Origin: Nemertoderma westbladi
Lineage: Eukaryota; Animalia; Xenacoelomorpha
NCBI GenBank assembly: GCA_032718475.1
Contig: JAUCBJ010007311.1
Span: forward strand, 49,012 to 113,011
Length of the DNA: 64,000 bases
Direction: 5' to 3'
In this document: positions 37,515 through 50,486 of the stretch, in pieces
How the letters are laid out: each line of letters begins with the position of its first letter
Numbering within the stretch: position 1 is the stretch's first letter
Notes under the pieces: model-generated
Database searches by the model: none
Told to the model about the DNA's origin: nothing
Seen by the model: the letters and a program-made list of their open reading frames with translations, nothing else
Position numbers and translations under genes: made by a program

Positions 37515-40500
37515 ATAAACACATATTTATATGTATAATCACAGTACGATAAGCTGTAGGCCTGCCGACAATAAGACCAAGAAAGATACCGGTACTAGGC
37601 CTATACAGTTTTTATCCCTGAATCAGACTACAGCCAGACAGCACAATGTCCCCGCTCTTAATCTCCACAGTTTTCATCGTTCTGGGTCGTTTCGTTGTGG
37701 CAGAACCATCCGATCCGCGGGGTAACCCTGCAACCCACCCAATACCCGTATTGGACTGGTTTGCGGAACACCCTGTCGCTACCGTTTCGAACTGCCGCGC
37801 CGAATCGACGGAGATGTGGTCGACGAGTGGATTTAGCCTCTACTGCTCTCGTCGGGGAAGAAGATCTTGGGTCTCCTCTCCACGATCTAGAGGCCTAATC
37901 GCTAAACTTTGTCTTCTGTCTCTGGCTGGGGATATTGAGACCAACCCAGGACCCAGCAGGACGCGGGCCCCGAAGATCAACTGTCCCGTCTGTCAACGAG
38001 GAACAAACTCTCGGAGTAAGATCGTCCAATGCGAGAGTTGTGACACATTTGTACATTTAAAATGTTACCGTAGGAAACGCAGTAATTTATTCTCCACCAG
38101 AAACAATCTTGAACCAAGTTTTCTCTGCAATAGCTGTATTTTTACCGAACTTCCCTTTCATGATACAATTTTAGAATCAGAAACCGACGATTCATTTCTC
38201 ACATCGCCTCTGCAAACTCCAAGTGATGCTGAGAGTGAAACTTTTAATTTTTTTAAGAAAAAAGGTCTGCATTTTTTGCATTTAAACGCACGATCTCTGC
38301 TTCCAAAACTTTCCGAAATTCGTATTTTAATCAATAAATCCAACCCAGCAGTTTTAACAATCTCTGAAACTTGGCTCGATGATAGTGTTTCTGATGGAGA
38401 AATTTATATTGATAATTACGTAGTTTTACGTAAGGATAGGGACAGACACGGTGGTGGTGTCTGTACTTACATTCGATGTGATTTAGCTTTTAATCGTAGG
38501 GAAGATTTAGAGACTTGTGACGAAGTTTTACTGGTGGAACTTTTACTTCCTAAAACTAAACCTATTTTAATCGGTACTTTATATCGGCCCCCTAAACAAT
38601 CAGATTTTTTGCAAAATTTTGAAAATACAATTTTATGTAATCTTAGGTCAGACTGTGAAATATATTTCTTAGGTGATTTTAATATCTGTTACCATCACAA
38701 AGCATCCCCCATCTGTAAACAGTACCAAAGTATTTTAAATTTGTTTGGTTTAAAACAAATTATTCGAGATTCTACCAGAATTACCAGTAAAACTTCTACT
38801 TTACTAGATCACATCCTTTGTAATAATACCGATATTATTTCTCAATCTGGGGTTTTACCTATAGGTCTAAGCGATCATTTTATAGTTTTTTGCACAAGAA
38901 AGACACAAAAATCTTTTTTCGGGGATCATAAAACAGTAACAGTTAGGTCTATGAAAAATTACAGCAAGGAACGCTTTTTAAGTTTGTTAGTTAATTCTGA
39001 CTGGGAACCCTGTTTTAAGGCCGCTGACATTAACCTTGCGTACACTGTTTTTAAAGATATATTTTTAAAGGCACTTAATACTGTAGCACCAATTAAAGAA
39101 ATTAGTCTTAAACAACGCACTGAGCCCTGGATGACCTCGGGTATTCTTAGTAATATCAGAGAAAGAGATAACTATTTGTATAAATTTAGGAAATACCGTG
39201 TTTTAGCTGATTATAATAATTACTGCAAATATAGAAACCTTGTCCAACGGGAAATAAAAAAAGCGAAATCTGAATATTTGTACAACAAAATAAGTGAGAA
39301 TAAAGATAATCCTAAAAGTCTATGGTCTACCCTAATATCTTTAGGTTATAAAAACCTTAAATCTAAATCGAATATTGTTCTGCAAGATAACGGTGAGCTG
39401 ATTCATGATCATACTCTAGTTAGTAATTTATTTAATAATTATTTTACTAATGTTTCCTCTAATTTAGCTAAGAAGTTACCGTTATCAAGTAATAAATATA
39501 GTATAGGGTCCGAAACTCTAAATAATTTTTATTTAGAAAAGTTACAAAATTCAGAAAAGTTATTTTTAAAACCCGTTTCTGAGGATTTCGTTTTTAAAAA
39601 TCTACTTAGCCTATCAGCCTCAAAAAGTACCGGTCTAGACCTAATACCTGCCCGTTTTCTTAAGGATGGTGCTGAAGTACTTAAAGTGCCTATTACTTTT
39701 ATTATTAATTACTCTATCGTAGATAATGTAGTACCAGACGAACTGAAATTAGCTAAGGTTGTTCCTCTGTATAAAAAGAATAGTAAAGTAGAACCCTGTA
39801 ATTACAGACCTGTTAGTATCTTAAGTATTGTATCTAAAATTTTAGAACGTTCTGTTTTTCTACAGCTGGAAGCACATCTTAGTAGGCTAAATCTGATCTA
39901 TGAACTTCAGTCCGGTTTTCGTAAATCATATTCTACAGACACCTGCCTTATTAACTTAACTGATACAATTAGATGTAATAACGCAAAGGGTTTATATACT
40001 GGTATGGTAATGTTGGACCTACAAAAGGCTTTCGATACTGTAGATCACGAAATTCTGCTTGGTAAGTTAGGCCTGATGGGTGTAGGTTCTATAGACTGGT
40101 TCAAGTCCTACCTGTCAGACAGAGGTCAAACTGTAGTCATTAGCAAATCGCTGTCTACTGTACAAGAGATTACCTGTGGTGTACCGCAAGGTAGTATATT
40201 AGGTCCTCTGCTTTTTGTATGCTATGTAAATGATATTATAAGTAGTATAGATCCCGATTTTAAACTCATTTTATATGCCGACGACAGTGCTCTTATTTTC
40301 TCTCATAAAGATCATATCCATATTTCCCAAAAGTTAAGTGCAGTTCTAGAATCCTGTAATGAGTGGTTGGTTGATAATAAGCTATCCATTCACTACGGTA
40401 AAACTGAAAGTATTTTGTTTGGTTCCAAAAGAAAGTTAAAGAAGGTAACTAAGTTTGAAGTCACTAGTAATGGACATAAGATTGAAAATAAAAAGGAAGT

Positions 40501-41470
40501 TAAATATTTAGGCGCCACATTGGATAACTGCTTATCAGGAGAAAGCATAGTGAAAAATATTTTCTCGAAAGTTAACAGTAGGCTTAGGTTTCTATACAGA
40601 AATAAAAATAGTTTAAACACCGACTCCCGCAAGTTACTTTGCTCTTCTTTAATACAGTGTCACATGGACTATGCATGCTCTTCTTGGTATGAAGGCTTAA
40701 CCAAACAGCTTAAATGTAAATTACAAGTAGCTCAGAATAAAGTAGTACGATTTATTAAAGACTACAAACCTAGGCACCACCTAACTCCAGACGACTTTTC
40801 TGAATCTGGACTACTTAACTTAGATAGTAGAGTTAAGCAGCTACGCCTTAACCATGTGCATAAAGTGTATAATGGTAAATGTCCCAATTACCTAAAACAA
40901 AAATTCAACAGAGTACGCGATACACACTCTTACAGTACCAGAGCTAGTGCTTCAAACTTCTACCTCCCGAATTGTAAATCCTTTGAATCTGATACTTTCT
41001 TTTTTAACGGCATAAAAAATTGGAACGCTCTGCCTAATGAAATTAAAAACCTAAATAATCAACATTCTTTTAAATCTGCAGTTAAATCTCACCTCCGTGT
41101 GCAATGTAAAAATAGGTACAATAGTCCTACAGTAAGTTATTAGTTTATTAATTATTTACTATTTATACTGTAATTACGTTTTATAATAAATTGTTCTGTA
41201 CATTACATCTTTATCGTTGAGTCGGACATTGTCACGCTCTCGGTAAAGTTGTACATGTACATAGTGTAATTACGTTATATATTGGTTTTAGGTTAGCGTA
41301 GTGTAATTTTGTATTTGTAACCAAGTAACATAAAGGACCCCCTTGGAAATAAGCTGCAAAGCTTTAGGGGTAATCCTATATGTTATGTTGGACAATACCT
41401 TTATACCGGTACATTGTTTGGTGTATTTGATATTGTTTTTACATAATGTATAAATAAATCTATCTATCTA
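37515..41470 (+). mobile_element. Apparently full-length single-ORF L2/Crack/Daphne-like (CR1-group) LINE
   Basis: Inserted in RTE-B with TATTT on both sides (37510-37514 and 41471-41475); ends ATAAATAAA(TCTA)n; 3' stem-loop at ~41335-41378. Confidence 0.92.
37646..41143 (+). CDS. LINE polyprotein: leader peptide - 2A - PHD finger - APE endonuclease - reverse transcriptase, 1165 aa, intact
   Basis: [11 protein letters not shown]; CPVC...CESC...HLKC...CNSC; LNARSL, SETWL, GDFN, SDH; [18 protein letters not shown]. Confidence 0.95.
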   Translation: MSPLLISTVFIVLGRFVVAEPSDPRGNPATHPIPVLDWFAEHPVATVSNCRAESTEMWSTSGFSLYCSRRGRRSWVSSPRSRGLIAKLCLLSLAGDIETNPGPSRTRAPKINCPVCQRGTNSRSKIVQCESCDTFVHLKCYRRKRSNLFSTRNNLEPSFLCNSCIFTELPFHDTILESETDDSFLTSPLQTPSDAESETFNFFKKKGLHFLHLNARSLLPKLSEIRILINKSNPAVLTISETWLDDSVSDGEIYIDNYVVLRKDRDRHGGGVCTYIRCDLAFNRREDLETCDEVLLVELLLPKTKPILIGTLYRPPKQSDFLQNFENTILCNLRSDCEIYFLGDFNICYHHKASPICKQYQSILNLFGLKQIIRDSTRITSKTSTLLDHILCNNTDIISQSGVLPIGLSDHFIVFCTRKTQKSFFGDHKTVTVRSMKNYSKERFLSLLVNSDWEPCFKAADINLAYTVFKDIFLKALNTVAPIKEISLKQRTEPWMTSGILSNIRERDNYLYKFRKYRVLADYNNYCKYRNLVQREIKKAKSEYLYNKISENKDNPKSLWSTLISLGYKNLKSKSNIVLQDNGELIHDHTLVSNLFNNYFTNVSSNLAKKLPLSSNKYSIGSETLNNFYLEKLQNSEKLFLKPVSEDFVFKNLLSLSASKSTGLDLIPARFLKDGAEVLKVPITFIINYSIVDNVVPDELKLAKVVPLYKKNSKVEPCNYRPVSILSIVSKILERSVFLQLEAHLSRLNLIYELQSGFRKSYSTDTCLINLTDTIRCNNAKGLYTGMVMLDLQKAFDTVDHEILLGKLGLMGVGSIDWFKSYLSDRGQTVVISKSLSTVQEITCGVPQGSILGPLLFVCYVNDIISSIDPDFKLILYADDSALIFSHKDHIHISQKLSAVLESCNEWLVDNKLSIHYGKTESILFGSKRKLKKVTKFEVTSNGHKIENKKEVKYLGATLDNCLSGESIVKNIFSKVNSRLRFLYRNKNSLNTDSRKLLCSSLIQCHMDYACSSWYEGLTKQLKCKLQVAQNKVVRFIKDYKPRHHLTPDDFSESGLLNLDSRVKQLRLNHVHKVYNGKCPNYLKQKFNRVRDTHSYSTRASASNFYLPNCKSFESDTFFFNGIKNWNALPNEIKNLNNQHSFKSAVKSHLRVQCKNRYNSPTVSY

Positions 41471-41982
41471 TATTTGTTTTCATTTCTTGTGGGACTCTTG
41501 TTGTTCGGTACATGTCTACTTTGATGGGATAGATGAGCTTTAAACACTCGGGTATTTTAAAGACCTCAGGGGGAACACCATCTAGTCCACTGGCACGATT
41601 TGTCTTAATGCTCTTTGCAGCAGCCTTCACTTCTGCAAAGGAGATATCGCCAATGGGAATATTTGGGAGTACAGACTCAAACACTTTTACTTCTATAAAG
41701 TTATCAGGCAATACCCTGTCATCTTTTCAAAGTATATTTCAAAGCATAGCGGATAATAGTTTTGGTTAAATTACGTTTAGGAAATACTTTAGAATATTAA
41801 ACGCTAGGCGGTTATCTAAAAATAGTGGGTCAGCAGGTTAGCAGTGGTAGTGGGCGCAGCGAAGCAGTAAAATCGCCGACTACATTCAGCATAAGGTCAA
41901 TAAGCCGGGGCAAATAATATCCTGTCCCTTTGCAATATTAAAATATTCTCACATTCGACATTGTTTGCCTCGTCCTGACATC

Positions 41983-42443
41983 TATGGGAGTCCATGCTGG
42001 GCTCTAACTGTTGAGGACACCAAATCTCTGGATGGCACATTCACAAGAATGCTACGCCGGGTCCATTGTGTCAAGTACAATGCACACATCTCCAACCAGA
42101 CACTATATTACATTGGAGGTGTCTCATTGGTTCCCCCAAGCTTGACACTAGAACAAAATCGCCTCCGCTTTGCAGGACATTGCTTTCGCCGTGAGGACCA
42201 ACCAGTGCATAATCTTGTACTTGGGCAGCCTCATGGAGTGAATAAGCATGGTGGACAGCCCATGACTTTCTTGAGACGCATCTTAAAGGACACTGGCCTT
42301 GAAGATGCGGATGATATCTAGCAAATGTCATGGGTGATAGGGAGTTGTGGCGGTGCAATTTTGTCGATAAGCCGGCACAGCATTCTTAAAAATGCAGCTG
42401 CAATGCAGCATGCCGATCCTAGTAGTAGTAGTAGTACTAGTAG
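41983..42443 (+). mobile_element. 3' fragment of RTE family B in the opposite orientation
   Basis: Near-identical reverse complement of ~36100-36545; (TAG)n tail. Confidence 0.9.
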
Positions 42444-42984
42444 CCCGACGAACCACTTTATTTCTATGTGAAAAGTGAGCATTGAGTGTCATGTCAACCG
42501 CACTCATATTGAGTGGCCTCTTTGATCGATAAGTCAATCGGGTTTATTGTTTTGGTATTCTCTGTTTGGTTTATGTTTAGGATGATTAGCTTGGTATGTT
42601 ATAGATTGATTAAAATTTAGTTTATTTGAAAATACAAACATATCAAAAGAAAAGACCACTTTCGGGGACTTTTAACAGTGAACAGTCCTCAAGGTGATAT
42701 CTTTTAACACCCTGTTATATCCAAACAACCAATCAGGGTATTTTTCACTTTCCTACCCCATAGAGTTCCATTACACAGAAAACTGGATCCATGGGTTACA
42801 AGCAGCTGGCAAGGATTACTGGCCCCTGACTGGAGTTTTGACAAAAATTCTGAGAATTCTATGACTCACCTTTTCAATGATATTTTAGTGCAATTCATAC
42901 CTAAGTTCCGGCAGTCTGATGGTGATAGCCCAAAAGAACGAGACAGGGGGGGGGGGGGGGGGAAACTGGACGCAAAACCCGCCT

Positions 42985-43135
42985 TGGCGAATTAATACCC
43001 CGCCTCAATGTGAAATTCTCAATTTAGGGAAAGGTGCAGGTTACAGTGGCACGATATTTTAACCAAAACAATAAACTAAGCACAATAGAACAGGTTACAG
43101 TTTTATTTTTGAAAATAATCATTTGTTATTTGCGT
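42985..43135 (+). repeat. Dispersed ~150-bp repeat (…AATTTAGGGAAAGGAGCAGGTTACAGTGGCACG…), class unknown
   Basis: Close copy at ~56095-56240; weaker copies near 12620-12710, 46585-46670 and 59068-59105. Confidence 0.7.
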
Positions 43136-43136
43136 C

Positions 43137-43293
43137 CAATTCTAATCTAATCTAATCTAATCCAATCCAATCCAATCCAATCCAATCCAATCCAATCCAA
43201 TCCAATCTAATCCAATCCAATCTAATCTAATCTAATCCAATCCAATCCAATCCAATCCAATCCAATCTAATCTAATCTAATCTAATCTAATCT
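43137..43293. repeat. (TCCAA/TCTAA)n pentanucleotide microsatellite
   Basis: Directly visible. Confidence 0.95.
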
Positions 43294-44122
43294 AGTTCCT
43301 TTCTGTTCCGTTCGAGTTCCTTTCTGTTTCTACTGTTTCGATTTGAATTACTGTATGCTTAATTATTTAATGGTAAGTGCTTTTTACTTTGTACTGTTTT
43401 AATTACTATTTTGAATTATGTTTTATAATAATTAATCACTGAAGACGGCCGGGAGGCCAAAATGCCTATCGGATAAAAATAAAAATACTTATTCACAACC
43501 CGGTGGCGAAGACCCTCAGAGACAAATCGCAATTCTTTCATAACTCTGTATTGTATCTAAGTCGCATCATTTGAAAGGAACTGCTAATACTACCCTGAGA
43601 GTGAACATAGTTTTTAGAGATTATAATATAGTAGAAATCAATCGAACAATACAAATTAACCGACTTTTATGCCGATAGAATTCAGTCTCACACACACAGT
43701 GGGTCATACGCCGCGCAAGACTGTCTTCTACTGTTGTATCAATAATTTGACTTTAGTGCTGGCTAGCGAAATAATATAAGACACATAAATTAACAGGTTA
43801 AACTGTTAAAGGTCTAAAAGCGCGAACAATTTTGGTAGGGCCTCCTACCGGGATACGGATCCAATGGTTGATTTTTGGGCACCGAACTGCACGAAAAATA
43901 CAAGTATATAGCATATTTTTACTCAGACTAAATTTGAGAATTTTTCGATAAAAATTTCAACCACTTGGTTTTGTGGCATTGCGAATTCGATGGTTACATT
44001 TCCCAACGGTTTAAATTTTGGTGAGGCCCCATACCGGGATGGTATGGCATGAAAATTACAAGTACTGTAGATCTTTTCGCTAATCACATGGGGTTGAAAA
44101 GTAAGCCTTCGCATGTCTGAGT

Positions 44123-45222
44123 GGAAGCAGGAAAATTCGGTTCCGGACAATTCGGTCCCGGACAATTCGGTCCCATTAATTTTGTGTTTAGGGACCGAAT
44201 TGTCCGGGACCGAATTGTCCGGGACCGAATTGTCCGGATACTGACTAGGACAATTCGGTCCCAAAACATGCATATTATTGGGACCGAATTGTCCGGGACC
44301 GAATTGTCCGGGACCGAATTGTCCGGTACCGAATTGTCCGGGACCGAATTGTCCAGGACCGAATTGTCCGGGACCAAATTTAATTGGTACTATATAATGG
44401 TGAATGTTCTAGAACCTTAATATATATTATTATATGGTAGCTCGTGTTTTTTTTACTAGCTAGAATTTTTTTAAAAATAAAAAAATTTACTTTTTTTTGT
44501 TAACATTATTAGTTATGCTAGCTACTGTATTATGAGTGTTTTTATGGAGCTTGTGAATTATTTACTAGCTAGTGATAGTATGTATTTAAAATGTTTAAAA
44601 CTAATTTTTTTTATATATTACGTAAGTATACTGTATGTGTTGTTGGTTGGTTAACAAGCCTAAATTATTATCCAGATAATAGCTGGATCTCATTCAGGGA
44701 CTGATATAATATCATCAATATTGTTGGTAATTAATATAATCAGCAACAGTTTAGGCCTAATTCTGAAATATCAATGTTTACACAAGTGTTTTAATAATTT
44801 CAAGGAAATGCTAGCTAGTAACAAAAAACACTAGCTACACCTTAATAAATAATATATAATCATGTTCTCGAACACTACCAATAACAAAAATAAAAAAAAT
44901 ACAGTATTTTTAAAATTTCAAAAAATTCTAGCAAGTAAATAACACTAGCTACCATAACAAATATCTCTACTAATGTTCTAGAACATTCAACAATATCAAA
45001 AAAGCACTAAAAAGTTGCTATCAGGAAACGGACAATTCGGTCCCGGACAATTCGGTCCGGAAAATTCGGTCCCGGACAATTCGGTCCCGGACAATTCGGT
45101 CCCGTTTATTTAGTGCTTTGGGTGCGGGACCGAATTGTCCGGGACCGAATTGTCCGGGAACGCATTGTCCGGGACCGAATTGTCCGGGACCGAATTGTCC
45201 GGGACCGAATTGTCCTACATCC
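44123..45222. mobile_element. Foldback MITE with 15-bp GGACAATTCGGTCCC subterminal arrays and an 8-bp TSD
   Basis: TSD GTCTGAGT (44115-44122 and 45223-45230); imperfect TIR GGAAGCAGGAAAATTCGG / CCGAATTGTCCTACATCC; internal inverted arms at ~44400-44480 and ~44915-44990. Confidence 0.88.
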
Positions 45223-46174
45223 GTCTGAGTGACCCTACAACATGTTTTATCGTATTCAGCGCCCCAGAAAACCCATATAAACTAAAATTAGAACATTACA
45301 ATTAATACATTACATAACATCTGTATTATCTAGATAAGAAATGTAAAGTTTACAGCAATAAATTAATTGTTTAAATTATATTGATAATGAAACTTGAAAT
45401 TCGCGGCTTCATGATTAATTTTTTTTGGTACAATCTTTGTCTACTTTGATGTCCGATCAATCGTAATTATTCAGTTATTCATTATTATATATAATAATTA
45501 CTTAATTATATTATTAATTAATTAATTTTAATAAATTAATTATATATATTATATTATTATATTCATTCAGTAAATGTTCCGCATATTGAAATTGCTGCAA
45601 AGTGAATCTGCCATATGTTACCTGATGCATCTCCAGATTGTTGGCTACGGTAATATAGCCGAGACTGAAATGTAAAGAGTTTTAGAGGCTAGAAAAATAA
45701 TTACAGTATTTTATGTTTATCAATTTAATTAATCAATATAATATTTTGAAACATTCCTTAGAAATGTAACACTTTTATTTAACAAAACTTAATTAATATA
45801 CAGGTGTTTCATCAGCATTCCATTGGTCATTCATTATGTGACAATATCGTCCCAATGTGTGCAGGCAGTCTGGTTCAACAGTTACTCATAGACGAAGTAT
45901 ATAATAATAGCGCCACCTTGCGCCAGACCAGGAATTACGTCACGCCAGAAACTTATTAATTTAATTAAGAAATGATGATAAATATACAAACCGCCATGTA
46001 ATGTGCAAATGTCCGTTCCGAAACGCGGTAGGCCCTACAGATTTTATGAGAATCACCCAAATAATCGTGTTAAACCGAATTTTGCATTGAAGTAACCATC
46101 ATCAGTGTGCCGTTAAAGTAGGCCCTATACTGATTCATCATCAAAACGAAAGTTACTGAAAGACAAACATGTCT

Positions 46175-46318
46175 ACAAAATAATGGTAAATTCAAGTAAA
46201 AGATTGAGTATCCAATAATTACAAAATAATGGTAAATTCAAGTAAAAGATTGAGTATCCAATAATTACAAAATAATGGTAAATTCAAGTAAAAGCTTGAG
46301 TATCCAATAATTACAAAA
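46175..46318. repeat. 46-bp tandem repeat, 3 copies
   Basis: ACAAAATAATGGTAAATTCAAGTAAAAGATTGAGTATCCAATAATT repeated. Confidence 0.9.
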
Positions 46319-46802
46319 TATATTTATTTATTATCAAGCACGTTAAGTAAAAAACCTTACCGGTAGGTGTGTTAGTACCAAAGTATGTAAAAAAACTAAA
46401 AAGCATCAGGTAGTAGACGTTGTATGCAATTAGTGATCAGCTGACAGCAGCCAGCTGATCGGTAGGTTTCGCCCTTCAGCTGAGGGAATTCTCCGGGGCC
46501 AAGAAAGGAAATGTAGAGATAAATTCGGCCATATCCTGGTATTTGGTCCGCGGACCAAATACGTTTTCCGGCAAAGCCATTTAAATGAGCAGGTTAGTAA
46601 AGGAGCAGGTTACAGTGGCTTGTTGGGGGAACCAAAACAATAAACATTGAATTACTTCATTGTTATTAATATTTTATTGTACATGATTACACATGATTAC
46701 ATTATACATTGGTCCGCGGACCAGAAGCCAGTATAATGCCATAAATTCACAAAGGGAGACGGAATGGGTATTGAGATGAAGAGAGACATATTGAGATGCA
46801 GA

Positions 46803-48937
46803 CGCTTGCGCGTTTGGATGTAAGAGAGGTCTGTAAGGCTTGCGCGTTTGGATGTAAGAGAGGTCTGTAAGGCTTGCGCGTTTGGATGTAAGAGAGGTCT
46901 GTAAGGCTTGCGCGTTTGGATGTAAGAGAGGTCTGTAAGGCTTGCGCGTTTGGATGTAAGAGAGGTCTGTAAGGCTTGCGCGTTTGGATGTAAGAGAGGT
47001 CTGTAAGGCTTGCGCGTTTGGATGTAAGAGAGGTCTGTAAGGCTTGCGCGTTTGGATGTAAGAGAGGTCTGTAAGGCTTGCGCGTTTGGATGTAAGAGAG
47101 GTCTGTAAGGCTTGCGTGTTTGGATGTAAGAGAGGTCTGTAAGGCTTGCGCGTTTGGATGTAAGAGAGGTCTGTAAGGCTTGCGCGTTTGGATGTAAGAG
47201 AGGTCTGTAAGGCTTGCGTGTTTGGATGTAAGAGAGGTCAGTAAGGCTTGCGCGTTTGGATGTAAGAGAGGTCTGTAAGGCTTGCGCGTTTGGATGTAAG
47301 AGAGGTCTGTAAGGCTTGCGCGTTTGGATGTAAGAGAGGTCTGTAAGGCTTGCGCGTTTGGATGTAAGAAAGGTCTGTAAGGCTTGCGTGTTTGGATGTA
47401 AGAGAGGTCTGTAAGGCTTGCGTGTTTGGATGTAAGAGAGGTCTGTAAGGCTTGCGCGTTTGGATGTAAGAGAGGTCTGTAAGGCTTGCGCGTTTGGATG
47501 TAAGATAGGTCTGTAAGGCTTGCGCGTTTGGATGTAAGAGAGGTCTGTAAGGCTTGCGCGTTTGGATGTAAGAGGTCTGTAAGGCTTGCGCGTTTGGATG
47601 CAAGAGAGGTCTGTAAGGCTTGCGTGTTGTGATGTAAGATAGGTCTGTAAGGCTTGCGCGTTTGGATGTAAGAGAGGTCTGTAAGGCTTGAGCGTTTGGA
47701 TGTAAGAGAGGTCTGTAAGGCTTGCGCGTTTGGATGTAAGAGAGGTCTGTAAGGCTTGCACGTTTGGATGTAAGAGAGGTCTGTAAGGCTTGCGTGTTTG
47801 GATGTAAGAGAGGTCTGTAAGGCTTGCGCGTTTGGATGTAAGAGAGGTCTGTAAGGCTTGCTCGTTTGGATGTAAGAGAGGTCTGTAAGGCTTGCGCGTT
47901 TGGATGTAAGAGAGGTCTGTAAGGCTTGCGCGTTTGGATGTAAGAGAGGTCTGTAAGGCTTGCGCGTTTGGATGTAAGAGAGGTCTGTAAGGCTTGCGTG
48001 TTTGGATGTAAGAGAGGTCTGTAAGGCTTGCGCGTTTGGATGTAAGAGAGGTCTGTAAGGCTTGCGCGTTTGGATGTAAGAGAGGTCTGTAAGGCCTGCG
48101 CGTTTGGATGTAAGAGAGGTCTGTAAGGCTTGCGCGTTTGGATGTAAGAGAGGTCTGTAAGGCTTGCGTGTTTGGATGTAAGAGAGGTCTGTAAGGCTTG
48201 CATGTTTGGATGTAAGAGAGGTCTGTAAGGCTTGCGCGTTTGGATGTAAGAGAGGTCTGTAAGGCTTGCGCGTTTGGATGTAAGAGAGGTCTGTAAGGCT
48301 TGCGCGTTTGGATGTAAGAGAGGTCTGTAAGGCTTGCGTGTTTGGATGTAAGAGAAGTCTGCAAGGCTTGCGCGTTTGGATGTAAGAGAGGTCTGTAAGG
48401 CTTGCGTGTTTGGATGTAAGAGAGGTCTGTAAGGCTTGCGCGTTTGGATGTAAGAGAGGTCTGTAAGGCTTGCGCGTTTGGATGTAAGATAGGTCTGTAA
48501 GGCTTGCGCGTTTGGATGTAAGAGAGGTCTGTAAGGCTTGCGCGTTTGGATGTAAGATAGGTCTGTAAGGCTTGCGCGTTTGGATGTAAGAGAGGTCTGT
48601 AAGGCTTGCGCGTTTGGATGTAAGAGAGGTCTGTAAGGCTTGCGCGTTTGGATGTAAGAGAGGTCTGTAAGGCTTGCGTGTTTGGATGTAAGAGAGGTCT
48701 GTAAGGCTTGCGTGTTTGGATGTAAGAGAGGTCAGTAAGGCTTGCGCGTTTGGATGTAAGAGAGGTCAGTAAGGCTTGCGCGTTTGGATGTAAGAGAGGT
48801 CTGTAAGGCTTGCGTGTTTGGATGTAAGAGAGGTCTGTAAGGCTTGCGTGTTTGGATGTAAGAGAGGTCTGTAAGGCTTGCGCGTTTGGATGTAAGAGAG
48901 TTCTGTAAGGCTTGCGCGTTTGGATGTAAGATAGGTC
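46803..48937. repeat. 34-bp satellite (GTAAGAGAGGTCTGTAAGGCTTGCGCGTTTGGAT), ~63 copies; a last unit is displaced to ~50484-50520
   Basis: Directly visible tandem array. Confidence 0.97.
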
Positions 48938-50486
48938 TGTGGGGCGAGCCACGAAGTGAGTGAGCCTTAGCGTAGTGGTACCATTAATCAACCTGTCGTT
49001 CTGTCGTGTTCAATTTTAAACGTTAATAACTCGGCCAATCTTTGATGAAATCTATCCAAACTTGGTACACATGTTGTTTGGCAAAAGTTTAGAAATTTTC
49101 CAAGTAGAATTTCCGTGTGGCCTTCGAGAAGCTAAGATAATAGCAGTTAATTAGTTAATTAAGTTGATTGCGGTGAAAACGCCATTTTCAACCTGCCTTT
49201 TAAAGGAAATTAATTGTTTTACAGTATAAGATTTAAATAATTATACTTAAAAATTATACAGATATAATCCCCATACGCCATTCTATTATAGTTTTTAATT
49301 AGTTTAAGTGATTTGCTTTAATAAATGTGTCTTTAATTGATCTAAACGTAATTAAACCGCACAATTATTGAGTACAAATTTAATCCTTCCCATTATTGGT
49401 CAAGTCTCTGCTGGTGTGGAGCTAGCTGCTGGGAGTTGTGGCTGTAGACTAACCTGAGAGGAATTGTAATAGAGGCAACCAGTATTGCTATTCCAGCCCA
49501 ATCACTGAATTGTGTTTATTATAGGCTGGACGGGCCGCATAACCGTTCGACTATTACTACTATTGCTATCTCAGTTAAATGACAGATATAATAACATAAA
49601 TACAATCCATGGCATGGCTGTTGTAGGCTTCTGAAATAGTTTATTCCACAATGTATATGTCTGGTTATTTTTTAATTGAATTTTTGCAAAGTAGTAAAAT
49701 TAATGTTCTTAAAAATAATATTATTATTTTATATGTAACCTAGGAAATTAGCTACATTTTTTCGCTGCAGCTTTAAGAGTGTACATTGATTTAATATATT
49801 ATTTCAATACCCATATTACTACATCGGCATAAGATGCGTTGGCGTTGTATCACACATCTCCACATATCACACATCTCCACATAGATGTATCAACAGTTAC
49901 TCGCACAGTTTCGAAACTTCGCATAGTTATAACTGTATAAAGATCGTCAGTCTGCGTTTAGGAAAAATATTTTATGACAAAACAGGACAAGCGACGAGCG
50001 CAACGAGGCATATAATGAAGACGAGTACTGCGTTGACTAAATTATTAAATAAACCACCTGGCTTCACATATTGATCGCATCCCTAGTTATTATTATTATA
50101 AAGATCGTCCTAGCTTGCGTTTAAGAAATATATTTAAATACAAAACAGGACGAACGCAAAGAGGCTTATAATGAAAACGAGTACTGCGTTTATTATATTC
50201 CTATAAACCACCTGGCTTTGCATATTTAACGTGCGATTGGAAATAAGTTCGTGCTACCCTTCCGTGGGTGGTAGATGTCGCGGTTATGTATTGGTGGTTG
50301 GGAAGGGTGGGGGGGGGGGGGGGGGGGGGGGAGATTAAAAGGGGTGAACACGTACTGACCACCTTTCTTTGATTGATTGGTGGTGTGGGTAAATTTCTCA
50401 AAACCTGATTTTGTGATACAGTCGCTGCATTTTAATTTGTATATAATAACTAGGCCTCGTGCTGCGCGAAGTCCCCACGAACATGT
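48938..50486 (+). mobile_element. Non-autonomous TGT-bounded element, copy 3, inserted in the satellite
   Basis: Head TGTGGGGCGAGCCACGAAG, tail CGTGCTGCGCGAAGTCCCCACGAACATGT; satellite sequence resumes after it. Confidence 0.85.

Larger units (their letters stand above)
36099..41743 (-). mobile_element. 5'-truncated RTE LINE (family B), split by a younger LINE and flanked by 163-bp direct repeats
   Basis: ORFs 41460..41711, 37044..37448 and 36142..37131 reconstruct one RT (...QEMKTN/KLVPVPKKG...DFADD...RLRFAGHC); (TAG)n tail at ~36100; repeats at 35936-36098 and 41744-41906. Confidence 0.9.

Noticed and set aside
46697-48991. 764-aa and 321-aa repetitive ORFs
   Set aside because: Translation of the 34-bp satellite; unit length is not a multiple of 3 and there is no unique domain.
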